From Octopus bimaculoides (taxonomy: Eukaryota): a stretch of DNA of 64,000 nucleotides. The stretch's first letter is position 1, and every line of letters starts with the position of its first letter. Location: contig NC_068992.1 in assembly GCF_001194135.2 (NCBI RefSeq), positions 8,560,751 through 8,624,750 on the forward strand, written 5' to 3'. Positions 49,601-62,860 of this stretch are shown here, piece after piece. Under the pieces are notes generated by a model. That model saw nothing but the letters and a program-made list of their open reading frames with translations. It did no database searches and was not told where the DNA came from. The translations under genes and the position numbers were made by a program.

Positions 49601-52399
49601 AGTATATATATATATCTAATATAATATATATATATACATATATGTACACAGAATATGTATATATATGTGTCTGTGTGTGTGTACACACACACACACACAC
49701 ACATAAGGGAGGTGTATATTAATGTTGCCTTATTTAAATTAATATTAACTCCTACTTCTTTTTCTACAACAGATTGTTTTATCGCACCAGCTGTGTGAAC
49801 AAGAATACCTTCCACGTCAGCACTCAACACTGCAGGAGTTGTGAGTCAGGTGTGAGCACATTCTTCTGATCATTATCAAAAAACCCCACAGCAACTACAA
49901 CAAGAAAACCATTGTGTGGTCATTGCATGTGCTAGAATTAGCAGCCAAATAGCCCTGAAGTTACCCCTTACTATTTTAGAAAAGAATACATTAAATAATG
50001 TGGCCCTATATGTCTTACAAAAGGATGAGATAATGAAGCAAGGCTAATTCGAGACTAAACGACTATAACTGCACTCAACTTGCAAGAAATAATCACCAGG
50101 GTATAGAATGTTCAGGAAAATGAAGGAATTATATTAGCTAAAATGATAGAGGTTTGTTCAAAGCATGGCTTGCTTGAAGCTTAAAAAAACAATCACAAGG
50201 AACCTTAGCAATCTTCTACAGTGGTTCTCAACCAGGATCCATATAAAATTTTGTTGTTAAAATATATATGCAATAAATTGGATATACTTCTACAGTGCAC
50301 ACAATATTTTTTTTTTTCAATTTTTTTTTTATTTGTCCCCAACACCATCAGTTGTCAAGCGATGGTGGGGGGGGGGGGGGGACAAACACATGAAAGTTTA
50401 ATGGATAGTTTTAATTTAAGTCTTTTAGTATTTAAATAAATCATGCCTGGCCCAAATATTCTACCTGTTTTAGGGCCAGAGAGTTACTCAATCAAAGCTG
50501 ACAAGCTACTAAACAAACAATAACAAGCATCTTCTTCTCAAGTTTGTCTTTGTCACCATCAGCACAATAGACTGTAGGTGTTGTTATGTAGCTGAAATGC
50601 TGATGTGCAAGATGAGTGGTGTATGTATGATGAAAACAGGAGGGGAGATGGAGAGGATTCTGTTCAGCCATTTTCCTCACAATCGAGAAGCAACAGTACA
50701 AAAAGACTGGGTAATATCTCTGGTATGGGCCTTGTAGTTATATTTTTTACAGAGAAGCAAATAGATATATGGACGTTGTGTTAGAAAACACAAATACTGT
50801 GATATATATACCAAGAGAGAAAACTCTCATATAGTAATTTGGTGATTTTGGCCTAATTTGGCCTTGTCAATGGTAGATACCTCAGCACTGGAAATAGCAA
50901 TATACATAGAAATACAGAGCGAAAACAGGTACTGATGTCGCTAAGAGCCAGTGGCCTTATTAAAAAATAGAGTGACAGAGGCTCCATTTATTTTTTAATA
51001 ACTACATAAAGTTTATCTTACTATTTTGGAGTAATTAAAGAAGTCAAGATAAATGATAAAATAAGATAATGTAATCTATGGATATATTAAAGGATTGAAT
51101 ATATTCACAGTCAAAGAGAGAAAATATAATTAAACTTAAGGGAAAAAGGCAAACAGTTTGAGACTAATTGTCTGCTATAGTACACCAGCACATTCCTGCA
51201 CCTGCACTCCATTATTAACTACAAGCCAACCAGGAAGCTCTATGTAATCACCTGACTTGCTAGAAATAGTAGCTAAATTTTTCTCAAATCATTCATTAAT
51301 GTGTAAATGACATTTTGGATAATGTTACTCCTTCATATATAAAATGATAGTATGGATTACATGAGAGTCTCTTTTAGAAGTAGCCAAATCTCCCTCAAAT
51401 CAACTCCACTATTTTTTTTAAAAAAAGGAAGGAACACACTGAGGACTGGTGAACCAGGTGGCTGCACCAGGCTCCAGTCTGATTTGGCAGAGTTTCTACA
51501 GCTGGATGCCCTTCCTAACGCCAACCACTCAAAGAGTGTAGTGGGTGCGTTTACGTGCCACTGGCATGGAGGCCAGTATATATATATATAAATTATTTAA
51601 AATTATAATACAGGGTATCTAAGAGATACCGCCACGCTGAAAAATAGCAGTCAAATCCTGCTATTTTNNNNNNNNNNNNNNNNNNNNNNNNNNNNNNNNN
51701 NNNNNNNNNNNNGCTATTTTTCAGCGTGGCGGTATCTCTTAGATACCCTGTATTATAATTTTAAATAATTATTACCTTTGATGGTTTTTATTCCCATGCT
51801 GGCCACTTGATAAGATCAATATTTTAAATATCAATCTTATCCTTATTTATATATATATATATATTATAACGAAGGTGGCTATATGCAAAATAAAACCATA
51901 AACAAAAAATTCAATTGCCACTAATTGTGAGTAAGAGTGACATATTGCTAGAGTTAAAAACCCCTCAAAGCTGCAAGAGAACATTTTCATATACTAACAG
52001 GAGAGATAACTGCCCCACAGTGAAGCTAGATTATTATACTCGGCTAGTTTTGTTTGAAAATTACAAACTCATCAGCAGTGACTACTCAATCAATACACAT
52101 ACATACATATATACATGCGCACAAGCTTCTTTCAGTCCATCAAATCCACTCGTAAGGTCTTGGTTAGCTCAGGGCTATAGTAGAAGACAAGTGCTCAAGG
52201 TGGGACTAAGCCCAGAACCATGTGGTTGGGTAGCGAATATCTTGAAATAAAGAAAAAAAACACAAAACAAAAAACAGGTGTTCTTCAGAGACAACCTGCC
52301 TTGAGTCTTTTAAGTTCTATGGATGAAGCAGGTCTCCAGTCAAGCAGCAGGTAACATGGGTATAGTATATAGTTGATAGATGAGTTAAGTAACATGCTC

Positions 52400-52700
52400 G
52401 TGTATAAAAGCTTAGGAGTGGAAGAATGTAGGTAGCTAGGAGTGATATCAGAAAGATAAGTGGGGAGCTGGATGTTAGGTCTATGAAACCAAGAAAGAAA
52501 ATGAGAATAAGAGGATTGCTAATGTTGGTATACAATGAAGATGAGAGTCATCAGATATCCAAAAATTACACAGCATTGTCTATTTGTATGAATTAGGATA
52601 TCAGTGGAGAGAAATGTGTCTAAAATAACTCTGGTGTACTTAGCTCTAGCATCAATGAAATGAATGCTAGAAGACATGCTGGTTGGTGTTGTTTCACCCC
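52400..52700 (+). mobile_element. Degraded RTE-type ORF2 3' remnant
   Basis: Weak resemblance to the RRLRWYGHV.RM.E region. Heavily mutated. Confidence 0.25.
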
Positions 52701-52719
52701 AGATTAGCACTGTTTGGGT

Positions 52720-53104
52720 GGAGGCGCAATGGTTCAGTGGTTAGGGCAGCGAACTCGCGGTCATAAGATCGCGGTTTCGATTCCCAGACCGGTCGTTGTG
52801 AGTGTTTATTGAGCGAAAACACCTAAAGCTCCACGAGGCTCCGGCAGGGGATGGTGGCGAACCCTGCTGTACTCCTCCACCACAACTTTCTTTCACTCTT
52901 ACTTCCTGTTTCTGTTGTGCCTGTAATTCAAAGGGTCAGCCTTGTCACACTGTGTCACGCTGAATATCCCCGAGATCTACGTTGTGGGTACATGTGTCTG
53001 TGGAGTGCTCAGCCACTTGCATGTTAATTTCACGAGCAGGCTGTTCCATTGATCGGATCAACTGGAACCCTCGACATCGTAAGTGACGGAGTGCCAACAC
53101 ACAC
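52720..53104 (+). mobile_element. SINE family D, full-length
   Basis: tRNA-like head GGAGGCGCAATGG...GGTTTCGATTCC and 3' end ...GACGGAGTGCCAAC(AC)n. Degenerate TSD agcactgtttg / agtactgtttg. Confidence 0.92.
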
Positions 53105-53864
53105 AGTACTGTTTGAGCATAACTATGATCAAAAGCGTTCCAGCCATGACCAAACTGTCAGTTTGTACATGAGAGAATAATATTGTCCAAGGTGTCGTTC
53201 ATAGACAGTAAGATGTGATTGGGAAAAAAAAAACAAAAAAACTGAGGTGCTATTTCTAATAAGACAAATGATCACAGAACTCTCTGTTTGGTTTCTAGTT
53301 AATAATGTTGTGCAGGTGCAGGAATGTGCTGAAGTACTATAGCAGCCAATTAGTCTCAAACCGTTTGCCTTTTTCCCTTTAGTTTAATTATATCCTATCT
53401 CTTTGACTGAATATGTTCAACCCATTATATTTCCCATCTGCAGTCCAAGTCCCTATACGAAAGTGTGTATATGTCATGGGGAGGAGGAGGAGATGATACA
53501 GCTGTAGAAGACATCCACCTGGTGGGGGGATGATGGTGAGTTTAACGTGTACACTAGCCATGGTATCTAACCCAGAGATGGAAAGCTTTTTATATCAGAA
53601 TGTTGTATTGAAGTTAACTTATCTAACAAGGCTGCATTTCAAAAAAAAAGCTGTTTGTACTGCTAAACCTTATTGTTTTATAAAACGTAATTATTAAATA
53701 TTTAAAAAAGCAGAGTTTCAGAATAAGCACCTCCAGCATAACCATTTCTTTTTACATTATATTTTCTAAAAATCTCTCAGGATTTCAATGGTATATTAAA
53801 TATAACTCAGCTTACTTTTAAAGTGATTACTTGGAATAAATGATAAGAAGTGTAAAGGGATATA

Positions 53865-54261
53865 TTGTTGTTGTTTGTTGTTGGCACGCCGTCGCTTATG
53901 ACGTCGAGGGTTCCAGTTGATCTGATCAACGGAACAGCCTGCTCGTGAAATTAACGTGCAAGTGGCTGAGCACTCCACAGACACGTGTACCCTTAACGTA
54001 GTTCTCGGGGATATTCAGCGTGACACAGTGTGACAAGGCTGGCCCCTTTGAATTACAGGTACAACAGAAACAGGAAGTAAGAGTGAGAGAAAGTTGTGGT
54101 GAAAGAGTACAGCAGGGTTCGCCACCATCCCATGCCGGAACCTCATGGAGCTTTTAGGTGTTTTCGCTCAATAAACTCTCACAACGCCCGGTCTGGGAAT
54201 CGAAACCGCGATCCTATGACCGCGAGTCTGCTGCCCTAACCACTGGGCCATTGCGCCTCCA
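53865..54261 (-). mobile_element. SINE family D, full-length with perfect 12-bp TSD
   Basis: TAAAGGGATATA at 53853-53864 and 54262-54273. The body is the near-identical reverse complement of 52720-53104. Confidence 0.95.
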
Positions 54262-54494
54262 TAAAGGGATATAAAGGAGTTAAAAAGAGTGGCTTTAGGT
54301 AAAATTAAACCCATTAAAATATATTTCTGCAGAGATACTGTGTGGCAGTGTACTTAAGAAGCTTGCTCCCTAACCATGTAATCCTGGGTTCAGCCCCACT
54401 GCATGGCACATAGGGCAAGTGTTTTCTATTAAAGTCAATGGCTGTCCAAAACCTTGTGAGAAGATTTCATAGAGGGAAACTAAAAGAAATCCCT

Positions 54495-54537
<43 letters not shown>

Positions 54538-55122
54538 AACTCTGTATTTGCTACCTACTACCATCATTGCTCGACAACTGGTGGTGGTTTGGCAAAAGAG
54601 ATTAAGAGAATAATTACTGGGCTTCAAAAATAAATGGTGGGACCAGTTTGTTTAATTAAACTCATCATGATGGTGCACCAGCACGGATGCAGTTCAATCA
54701 CTGAAACAAGTGAAAAATAAAAGATAATTTTCCCCCCAAAAAACATTGTAATTCTTTCAGAAGACCACAATTAGCCCTTTAAAAGGTCACATGTTAATCA
54801 ACTCTGATATTAGCCTGTGTTCAAAGTCTGGAGCTAATCGCAACATGTACCATGGGAATCGGTAGATCCTGCTGGGCTGAGACTCAATCAGATTATCCAG
54901 TGCCTGTAGATTAAGCCAGGCAGTTCTGGTACATATTCCCAACAGTTAGCTAATTTGAGATATTGTGGAACAATGTGTTCCACCCAGATACACTACAGCA
55001 GATGTTTCTTTTTACATGCTTGTTAGAAGACGAGGAGTGACCCTGGCCCTTCCAGGTCGTTCTTGTTTGGTGAAATTGATAGGATGACGGTTAGTTTAAA
55101 CATCTGTCAGATATTGAACTCA

Positions 55123-55168
<46 letters not shown>

Positions 55169-55178
55169 NNNNNNNNNN

Positions 55179-55212
<34 letters not shown>

Positions 55213-55776
55213 CCTCCCTCTCCCTCTCACACACATTTATATGTAAACTTTCATCAACATGTATTAAATCTCACTGCCAAATTAACTTCTTGAGGGCCTT
55301 TGCAGTTATTTTTGATGAGAACATATACATCACACACATGTGTGCACATGCATACATACATGTATGCGTGCACGCCAACACACGCACACACACACACACA
55401 CACACACAAGAACAAAGATCTATCCAAGAGGGTTTGAAGTGCTTCACCACTCTGAAAGCATCTAATTTAATAGAAAGAATAAAAATCAATACCCAGTTGT
55501 CATCTTCAAGAATGAAAGGGACAACGTCTTATACGCTTGAAGCAGATTCCTCAAGAAGTATTTCAGAAGCTGATGCTATTCTATTCGACCCTAAAACCCC
55601 TATTTATTCACCAGAGCTATATTAGGTCTGAAAAATAAATGTGATGGTCGTGGTTGGAAGGCTAGAATGCTTTTGATTATACATCTGCTCAATCAGGACG
55701 GAGTTGGGGGCTAAGCAACAAAAATTACCTGCAGATATGAATTTCATCTCTATCAAAATTAAAACTGGACATCTAC

Positions 55777-55842
55777 CTGTGAAGGTGTGCTTATAAGATT
55801 ATCATTCCATGTGAATATGAAAATGGACTTTATTATCATCAG
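55777..55842 (-). other. Exon-like segment, 66 nt (alternative donor at 55729)
   Basis: Acceptor tttttctgtctgtctcacAG; donors CAG|GTAGAT (55777) and CAG|GTAATT (55729). Confidence 0.35.
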
Positions 55843-56479
55843 CTGTGAGACAGACAGAAAAAATAATGGAAGCAATCCAAAAAGGTTGGCTCGTTCTTGG
55901 CAACAGAGAAGATATTAATACAGAGGGGGATAAACACAAGCAGTAGCCACATTAAAATCAATGTTGTAAATCTCACTATGGCTCAGACATCAAATAAACC
56001 TAAAATTATATTTTACTGAGATATGATAAATCTGCTGTTATTGATTATTAATCTCTGTGATGTTAATAGTATCTGAACTTTCTCATTATGTACCAAGAAG
56101 ACTCTCTTTCCCATATTTGTTATATATCCCTATCAGATAAGGACATCATTAACAATAACCTCACAATTATTTTTGGGGCGCTTTCTTTAACACCTCAAGT
56201 GTTTCCTTCCTCAGTGACTAACTCTAAGGCTTTCATACAGCTAGATTTACTGGTGATTCACATTTAAATGTCAAACATCAGTGGCCTCTGGGAGTCAAAG
56301 CATAAGTGTTCTTATCATAATTCCTGTTTGAAATATTCTACAAACATTGCTAACACTATCTTCAGTCTTTCAAATATTTTTCTAGTCACACAAACAACCA
56401 ATTCCAGATCCCTAAATCCTTATTGTTTGGATGACTTCAGTAGAAATAATGAAAGATTTTTATACAGCCACAATAAAAA

Positions 56480-56720
56480 AGAGGTCTTTTACCCTTGAGA
56501 ATTTATAGACCTTGACACAAGCAAAGACTTCCGCAATTTTTATCAGAAGAACCTCCTGGCAAATTTGCTTAAGGGATTCCCACACCTTTCATTTCTCAAA
56601 TCAAAAGTATTTTTATCAGAGTACTCCACTGCAGTGTGTGCCAAATTAACTATTCAAATCACATTTTATCATCTATGATGTACCTCAGAGTTTGATTATG
56701 AATTCTCTATTTATTTTCTT
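56480..56720 (+). mobile_element. CR1-like LINE RT core remnant
   Basis: IDLDTSKDF...KNLLANLL...GFPH followed by a DVPQSL trace of the LD.SKAFD and GVPQGS motifs. Confidence 0.5.
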
Positions 56721-57547
56721 ATACATTAACTGACAATGTCATTGTTGTCACCACTGGCACCACCACCACTGCCACACATCTTACTGATTAGCAAACTTTA
56801 TTCACCCTCATGCTGCCCTTACTATTAGCCTGTTTACATGCTGTGTCCTCTCTGTCTCATACTGTGAAAGCACGTCTGGGCTTCTGGTCATGACTGAACC
56901 ATGTTGTGTGATCTTTGTAAGCTAAAAGGTTCATTTATATAGGGTGTTTTATTCCTAGTTTACCATGTGAACATATGCAGGCTATTTGTTGACGAGGAGA
57001 TTATTACAACACCTGGAAACAAGTGGGTGAGTGGGTGACAGGAAGGACGTCCAACAGTAGAAAACTCTGCCCCAAACTCTGATCCATGCAAACATGGTGA
57101 AGTAGATGCTATGATGATGATGATGAAGAAAAGAGTTTCTTTTTGTCTTTTTTCAAACTACTCATACAAGTGCACCAAGAATATTTTAACGGATCTCCAG
57201 CATGCCAACACTTATTCTCAAATCTAACCTATATCATCAATATACTCCTTGATCTATATTTCCCAAAGTCTTTAGTACATATTATACCCAGTACAAAATA
57301 ATTTATTCATATTACGTATCCTTATCAGTGCAATTGTGTAAACTATCATTTTGCAACCAATGACTATCAAAGACAGAAGTCAATGGATACAGTCTCAACT
57401 TCTCTCATACATATTTGATAAGCAACAGATTATTTTTAAACATTATCAGTTGAAATGCGAATCAGTGATAACTGCAGTAATACAATTCACAGTTATGTAT
57501 CCTCTGAAGTTCTGTATTCAGTTCTCTTTTGCTAAACTTAGTTTTAA

Positions 57548-57762
57548 CCCTTTCGATACAAACCTGCCCATGACTGCCCTTGTATGATGCAAGCTTCTTT
57601 TTTAAAGTAATCTAAATTAAAAAACATCAGTCAAAAAGTCATGTTAATGTATGTTCCAAACACCAGCTTAATGGTAAATTCATTTCACCAAATTCTTCAT
57701 TATTTTCAAAATTAATGGAAACAAAGGCAGTGTATTTTGACAGAAATAGGGTAACGAAAGGG
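57548..57762. mobile_element. piggyBac-type MITE, 215 bp
   Basis: TTAA at 57544-57547 and 57763-57766. TIRs CCCTTTCGATAC / GTAACGAAAGGG match at 11 of 12 positions. Confidence 0.85.
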
Positions 57763-58248
57763 TTAAGGGAGACATAATGTTGAGGGTTAGAAAATCATGT
57801 GAATTTCACATAATTAAATTTGTGTTAACATATTCAAAGACAGGTATACAAAAAAAGAAAAGAAAAAGAAGCTATTATGTCTCTAATTGAATAGAAATAC
57901 CACAAACTCATCAAGAAGAACTCGTCAAGAAGTGAACATATGTCTTTCACAGCTATGACGGTTATGACAGTTCTGCAAAACCAATGGAGAACAACTGAAA
58001 GCCAAGCTGTACAAGAGGGGATGGGCATAACTTGAATGCATTTGACCACAGTTCTGCTCGATCAAGGCTTTCCTGTGGCTAAACAACAACTTCCAAATAA
58101 AAACTAAGACCCTTATAATGAGACTCCAGATGAAATGTCTCAAGCATGGCTGTGTAGTTAAGAAGTTTGTTTTGAAACCATATGGTTTCACCCAATGCTT
58201 TGTGAGTGAATTTGGTTGATGGAAAATAAGTGGAAACCTGTTGTGTGC

Positions 58249-58282
<34 letters not shown>

Positions 58283-60834
58283 ATATGTGTAGGTATATGT
58301 ATGTGTGTCTCTTTGTATATGTTTCCATGACTTAGTGGTTGGGCAAAAAAGATTAATAGAATAAATATCAGACTTTAAAAAAAAAACGTACCAAGATTTA
58401 TTTATTTAATGGAATTCTTTAAGGCAGTGTACTAGCATGACTGCAGCTCAATGATTGAAATGAGTAAAAGATAAAAGAAGAAAATCTATCATTCATTGGG
58501 ATGATCCTAACTGGTGATTTACTGATTAAAATTGGTGGTTATTTTGCTCTGACTGAGCAGACCTCTAGTCAAACACAGTCTAGCTGTGACAAGCCTGTTT
58601 CTTTTTCTTTTCTTCCCCCTCAAGGAATGTACATTAAGAACAACATTATTTTATGTTCCTTTCCTCCTCTTTTTAGCTGCTATTTCAAGCAGTTTGCATG
58701 AGAACACACCACCACCACCACCACCACCTCATCGGCATGGTTATTAAATAGAAAGTTTGCTTGTCATGATTTATTATTATTGTAAAACAATGAAAGCATT
58801 ACACTTGACAGAAGCATAAACTGTATATAGTAATAGGATATTATTAATCCATTCGTGAAACATGAGATTTTATTGGTGCAGTGCTTTGGTTCAGTTTTGG
58901 CAATGCTAAACAAATGGGAAACAAAGTCTGCCACATGTAACTTTTACCAGATGCCCTGGAACCTATTCTCTTGCTATGTTGACTGGGCACATGGAATTTA
59001 AGTATCTTTGTCAAGAGACATGTGCAATTTTATCTGCAGTAGGAAATAAACTCACTTCCTGAGAGTTAGTAATTTAATATTATATTCCGAATATCTTGTT
59101 CAGAAAATAGTAGCTAAACCATATATCATTATCATCATCATAATCATTTTAATGTACACTTTTCCATGCTCACATGGGTTGGACAGAATTTGTTAAGGTA
59201 GATTTTCTATGGCCGGATGTTCTTCCTCCACTTGTTTCCAAGAATGATGATATTTCTTTATAGCTAGACATGTTTTTATGGAAGATTGAAAACAAAGGAC
59301 ACCAATTTCATGCTTGTGACACTTGCTTACAGCTATCATGTGATGTCAAGGCAAGGAGACAGTAACACACACACATACATGTATGAGGGGCTTCTTTCAC
59401 TTTCCATCTACCAAATCCACTCACAAGGACTACATTTCTAAATAACATGTATTACTAAACAATTCAGCCAGCATAGTAGCTGATGATTAACCTTTTAGTA
59501 TTTAAATATTAGATATTCTACATGTTTTACACTTAAACTGGGTAGATCCAGCCTCTCACACCTACCCTACAATGTCATTCACTTTAAATAAAAGTAGTCA
59601 ATGAAGAATGGAAATATATTCATTTCTAAGACTAAATTTTAATTTTTCATATCAGTAAGTTAGACACTTAAGAAATAAATTCTACAGAATCCAAAGAAAC
59701 TAGATGTAATCTGTGTCAGCAAAAATTATTTTGTAAAGTTTGCTATGGGGAGATATGGAAATTAGTATTTTGGATAATGGCCTTCATTTGAAATTATATT
59801 TCCTTCCAAAGTAGGATTTCACTTGAAAGCTCAAAACTCATGTCAACCAAGTGCAATGATATTTTCAGATGGTATACCATGACGTATTGGTGTACTGTGA
59901 GATGTAGCAAGTGCACTGTGAAAATAAAATTATATTTTTTTAAATATATGAAAACTACAAACTGGAAATCTAAATATAAAGTTTTTATGCATTTGTACTG
60001 AAAAAAATATTTTTCAGGAACTAAAAAAAGACACTTTATCTATTTTGATTCAGTTTTTGGCATCATGTCTAAATCAATTGGGATTTTTTTCACTTATTAA
60101 ATGAAAATCAAATTAAAAAAAAAACAACAAAAAACAAGAGAGACTTCATTTGCAACTACACTGAAGATGTAAGAGGGCAAGTTTACCCCATATACATTCA
60201 AATATAGAAAACATTACACCCCACCCCCACAAATCATCAAACTCATATTTCAACTTTGCTTTTCAAATCAAATAAAGAAGTTAATACTTAATTTTCTATA
60301 ATTTAAATTATTTATTTATATTTACAGGCAAAATTATATCTTTTATCTTTTACTTGTTTCAGTCATTAGACACTACCTTGGAGAAAAATTTTAAGTTGAA
60401 TGAATTGGTCCAAGTACTAAGCTTGGTATATATATATCTATTTGTCTCTAAGTTATGGGGACATAAACATACCAGCACCAGTTGTCAAGCAGTGGTGGGG
60501 GGCAAACACACACACACACACACAAGGCAGTCTACTAAGCACTGTCTACTAAATTCATTCACAAGGTTTTGTTTGGCTCGAGGTTACAATAGAAGATATT
60601 TGCCTAAGGTGCCATACAGTGGGACTGAACCTGGAACCATATAGTTGGGAAGCAAACTTCTTACCACACAACTATGCGTGCACCTACTTGATGTCTGCTT
60701 TTGTTTGTTTGTTTGTTTTTAAGAGATTCATCTTGGATTAATCAATGTAAAAGGTTAAATAAATTCACAGAGATTCTCAGAAAAAAAAAGAAAAGAAAAG
60801 TTAAAGCAAAATAATTGTACTTGAGATCAATTGT

Positions 60835-60895
60835 TGTGTGTGTGTGTGTGTGTGTGTGTGTGGATAGATAGATAGATAGATAGATGGATAGATAG

Positions 60896-60968
<73 letters not shown>
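60835..60968. repeat. (TG)n followed by (GATA)n microsatellite
   Basis: Direct inspection. Confidence 0.95.
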
Positions 60969-61354
60969 TGTGTGAACTTTTGCATTGATATAACCAATAA
61001 AAATAGTTTAGTAAGAAACGAAAACTGACCAGAATAATCAGACAGAACAAACAATCTGAAAGATCAGAGGAAGAAATTTGATCTTAGAGAATCAGAAACA
61101 TTCACTGCAGAGAGATTAGAAAGAAAGTAGGTAACAGAAAACATAAATTCTATTCTAGGAATAGAAATTGTGGCAGGATTTGGAGAGATTGGTTAGCTAA
61201 GATTTCTTCATAAAAAGTGAAAAAAAGGCAAGAAAGAAGCTTAAAGACAAAACTAATATAGAAGCACAGATGTTTGATGCTTGAGTTTCTTTCTTTGTTT
61301 TTCAAAGTTTATTTTGAACATAGTCACCTGCTAGTAACAAATAAATAAATATAC

Positions 61355-61428
<74 letters not shown>

Positions 61429-61882
61429 CATTCTATTCAGGGTACAGAGCATACCCACAACCAACACTTGTGACTGAGTTGTGTAAAGGGACCAACAGCA
61501 TATGTTTGGCAAACATGTTAGCAGCAAACTCCTTGGCAACTACTTCTATTTTAGAGTCAAGGAAAGAGAAACTACTGCTATTGTANNNNNNNNNNNNNNN
61601 NNNNNNNNNNNNNNNNNNNNNNNNNNNNNNNNNNNNNNNNNNNNNNNNNNNNNNNNNNNNNNNNNNNNNNNNNNNNNNNTCACTGCCACTACCATAACTG
61701 ATTGCAATTCTATTGTTGATGATGATGATGATGGTGATGATAACCCTTCCATAAAATTTTATTCAATTTCAACTAATCTACTCCTTTGAATTTTTAAAAT
61801 ACATTCATTCATTCATTAAATCATTCAAGACACACTTTTCTAGTTCATCATCATCATCATCAATAATAAATGATAAATAATA

Positions 61883-61931
<49 letters not shown>

Positions 61932-62354
61932 AGGAAAAAAGTGCTTTCTAACTGATGTATCAATACCAGCAGATGACAACATTTCCCTAAGCACTCCACA
62001 GACATGCATACCCTTAATGTAGTTCTCGGGGAGATTCAGCATGACACAGAATGTGCCAAAGCTGGCCCTTTAGAATACAGGATCTACTCATTTCTACCAG
62101 CCGAATGAACAGGAGCAACATGAAATAAAGTGTCTTGCTTAAAGGACACAACACACCACTGGGAATTGAACTCATGACCTTATGCTTGTGAGCTGAATAC
62201 CCTAACCACTAAGCCGTGTGCCTTCACTGTCATCCTAATAAGATTACTGACTATGATGTCTCACTTAAACACATGGGGATAAATTTGAAGGAAGTGTATT
62301 GATTAAAATAATGATCCTAACATTTTTATCAAATCCAGGATGAAAGCAACAATC

Positions 62355-62490
62355 CTTCCTACTGAAAGCCCAAAGACTGAAATTTTGTTGGGAGGGGCTA
62401 GCCAATTACATTGACCTCAGTGCTCAAGGATGAAAGGCAAAGTCAACCTAGGTGGAATTTGGACTCAGAACAAAAAGCTGGAAGAAATGA
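62355..62490 (-). mobile_element. SINE family A copy (internally deleted)
   Basis: aaggatgaaaggcaaagtcaacc...ggaatttggactcagaac core. Confidence 0.7.
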
Positions 62491-62525
62491 GATCTTGCTG
62501 CAAGGATGAAAATGATAATAATGAT

Positions 62526-62860
62526 CATCATCATCATCGTTTAACATCTGCTTTCCATGCTAGCATGGGTTGGACGATTTGACTGAGGACTGGTGAGACC
62601 GGATGGCAACACCAGGCTCCAATCTAATTTGGCAGAGTTTCTACAGCTGGATGCCCTTCCTAACGCCAACCACTCAGAGAGTGTAGTGGGTGCTTTTACG
62701 TGTCACCCGCACGAAAACGGCCACGCTCGAAATGGTGTCTTTTATGTACCACCCGCACAAGAGCCAGTCCAGGGGCACCGGCAACGATCTCGCTCGAAAA
62801 ACCTCATGTGTCACTCGCACAAGAGCCAGTCCATGGGCACTGGCAACGATCTCGCACGAA
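62526..62860 (-). mobile_element. SINE family C copy with internal ~60-nt tandem units
   Basis: Reverse complement of the 23245 copy, plus repeated gcacaagagccagtcc...ggcaacgatctcgc units. Confidence 0.85.

Noticed and set aside
52720-52795. tRNA gene (also the heads of SINE families A and B)
   Set aside because: A and B boxes are present but there is no complete cloverleaf, and each continues into a SINE body with tail and TSD.
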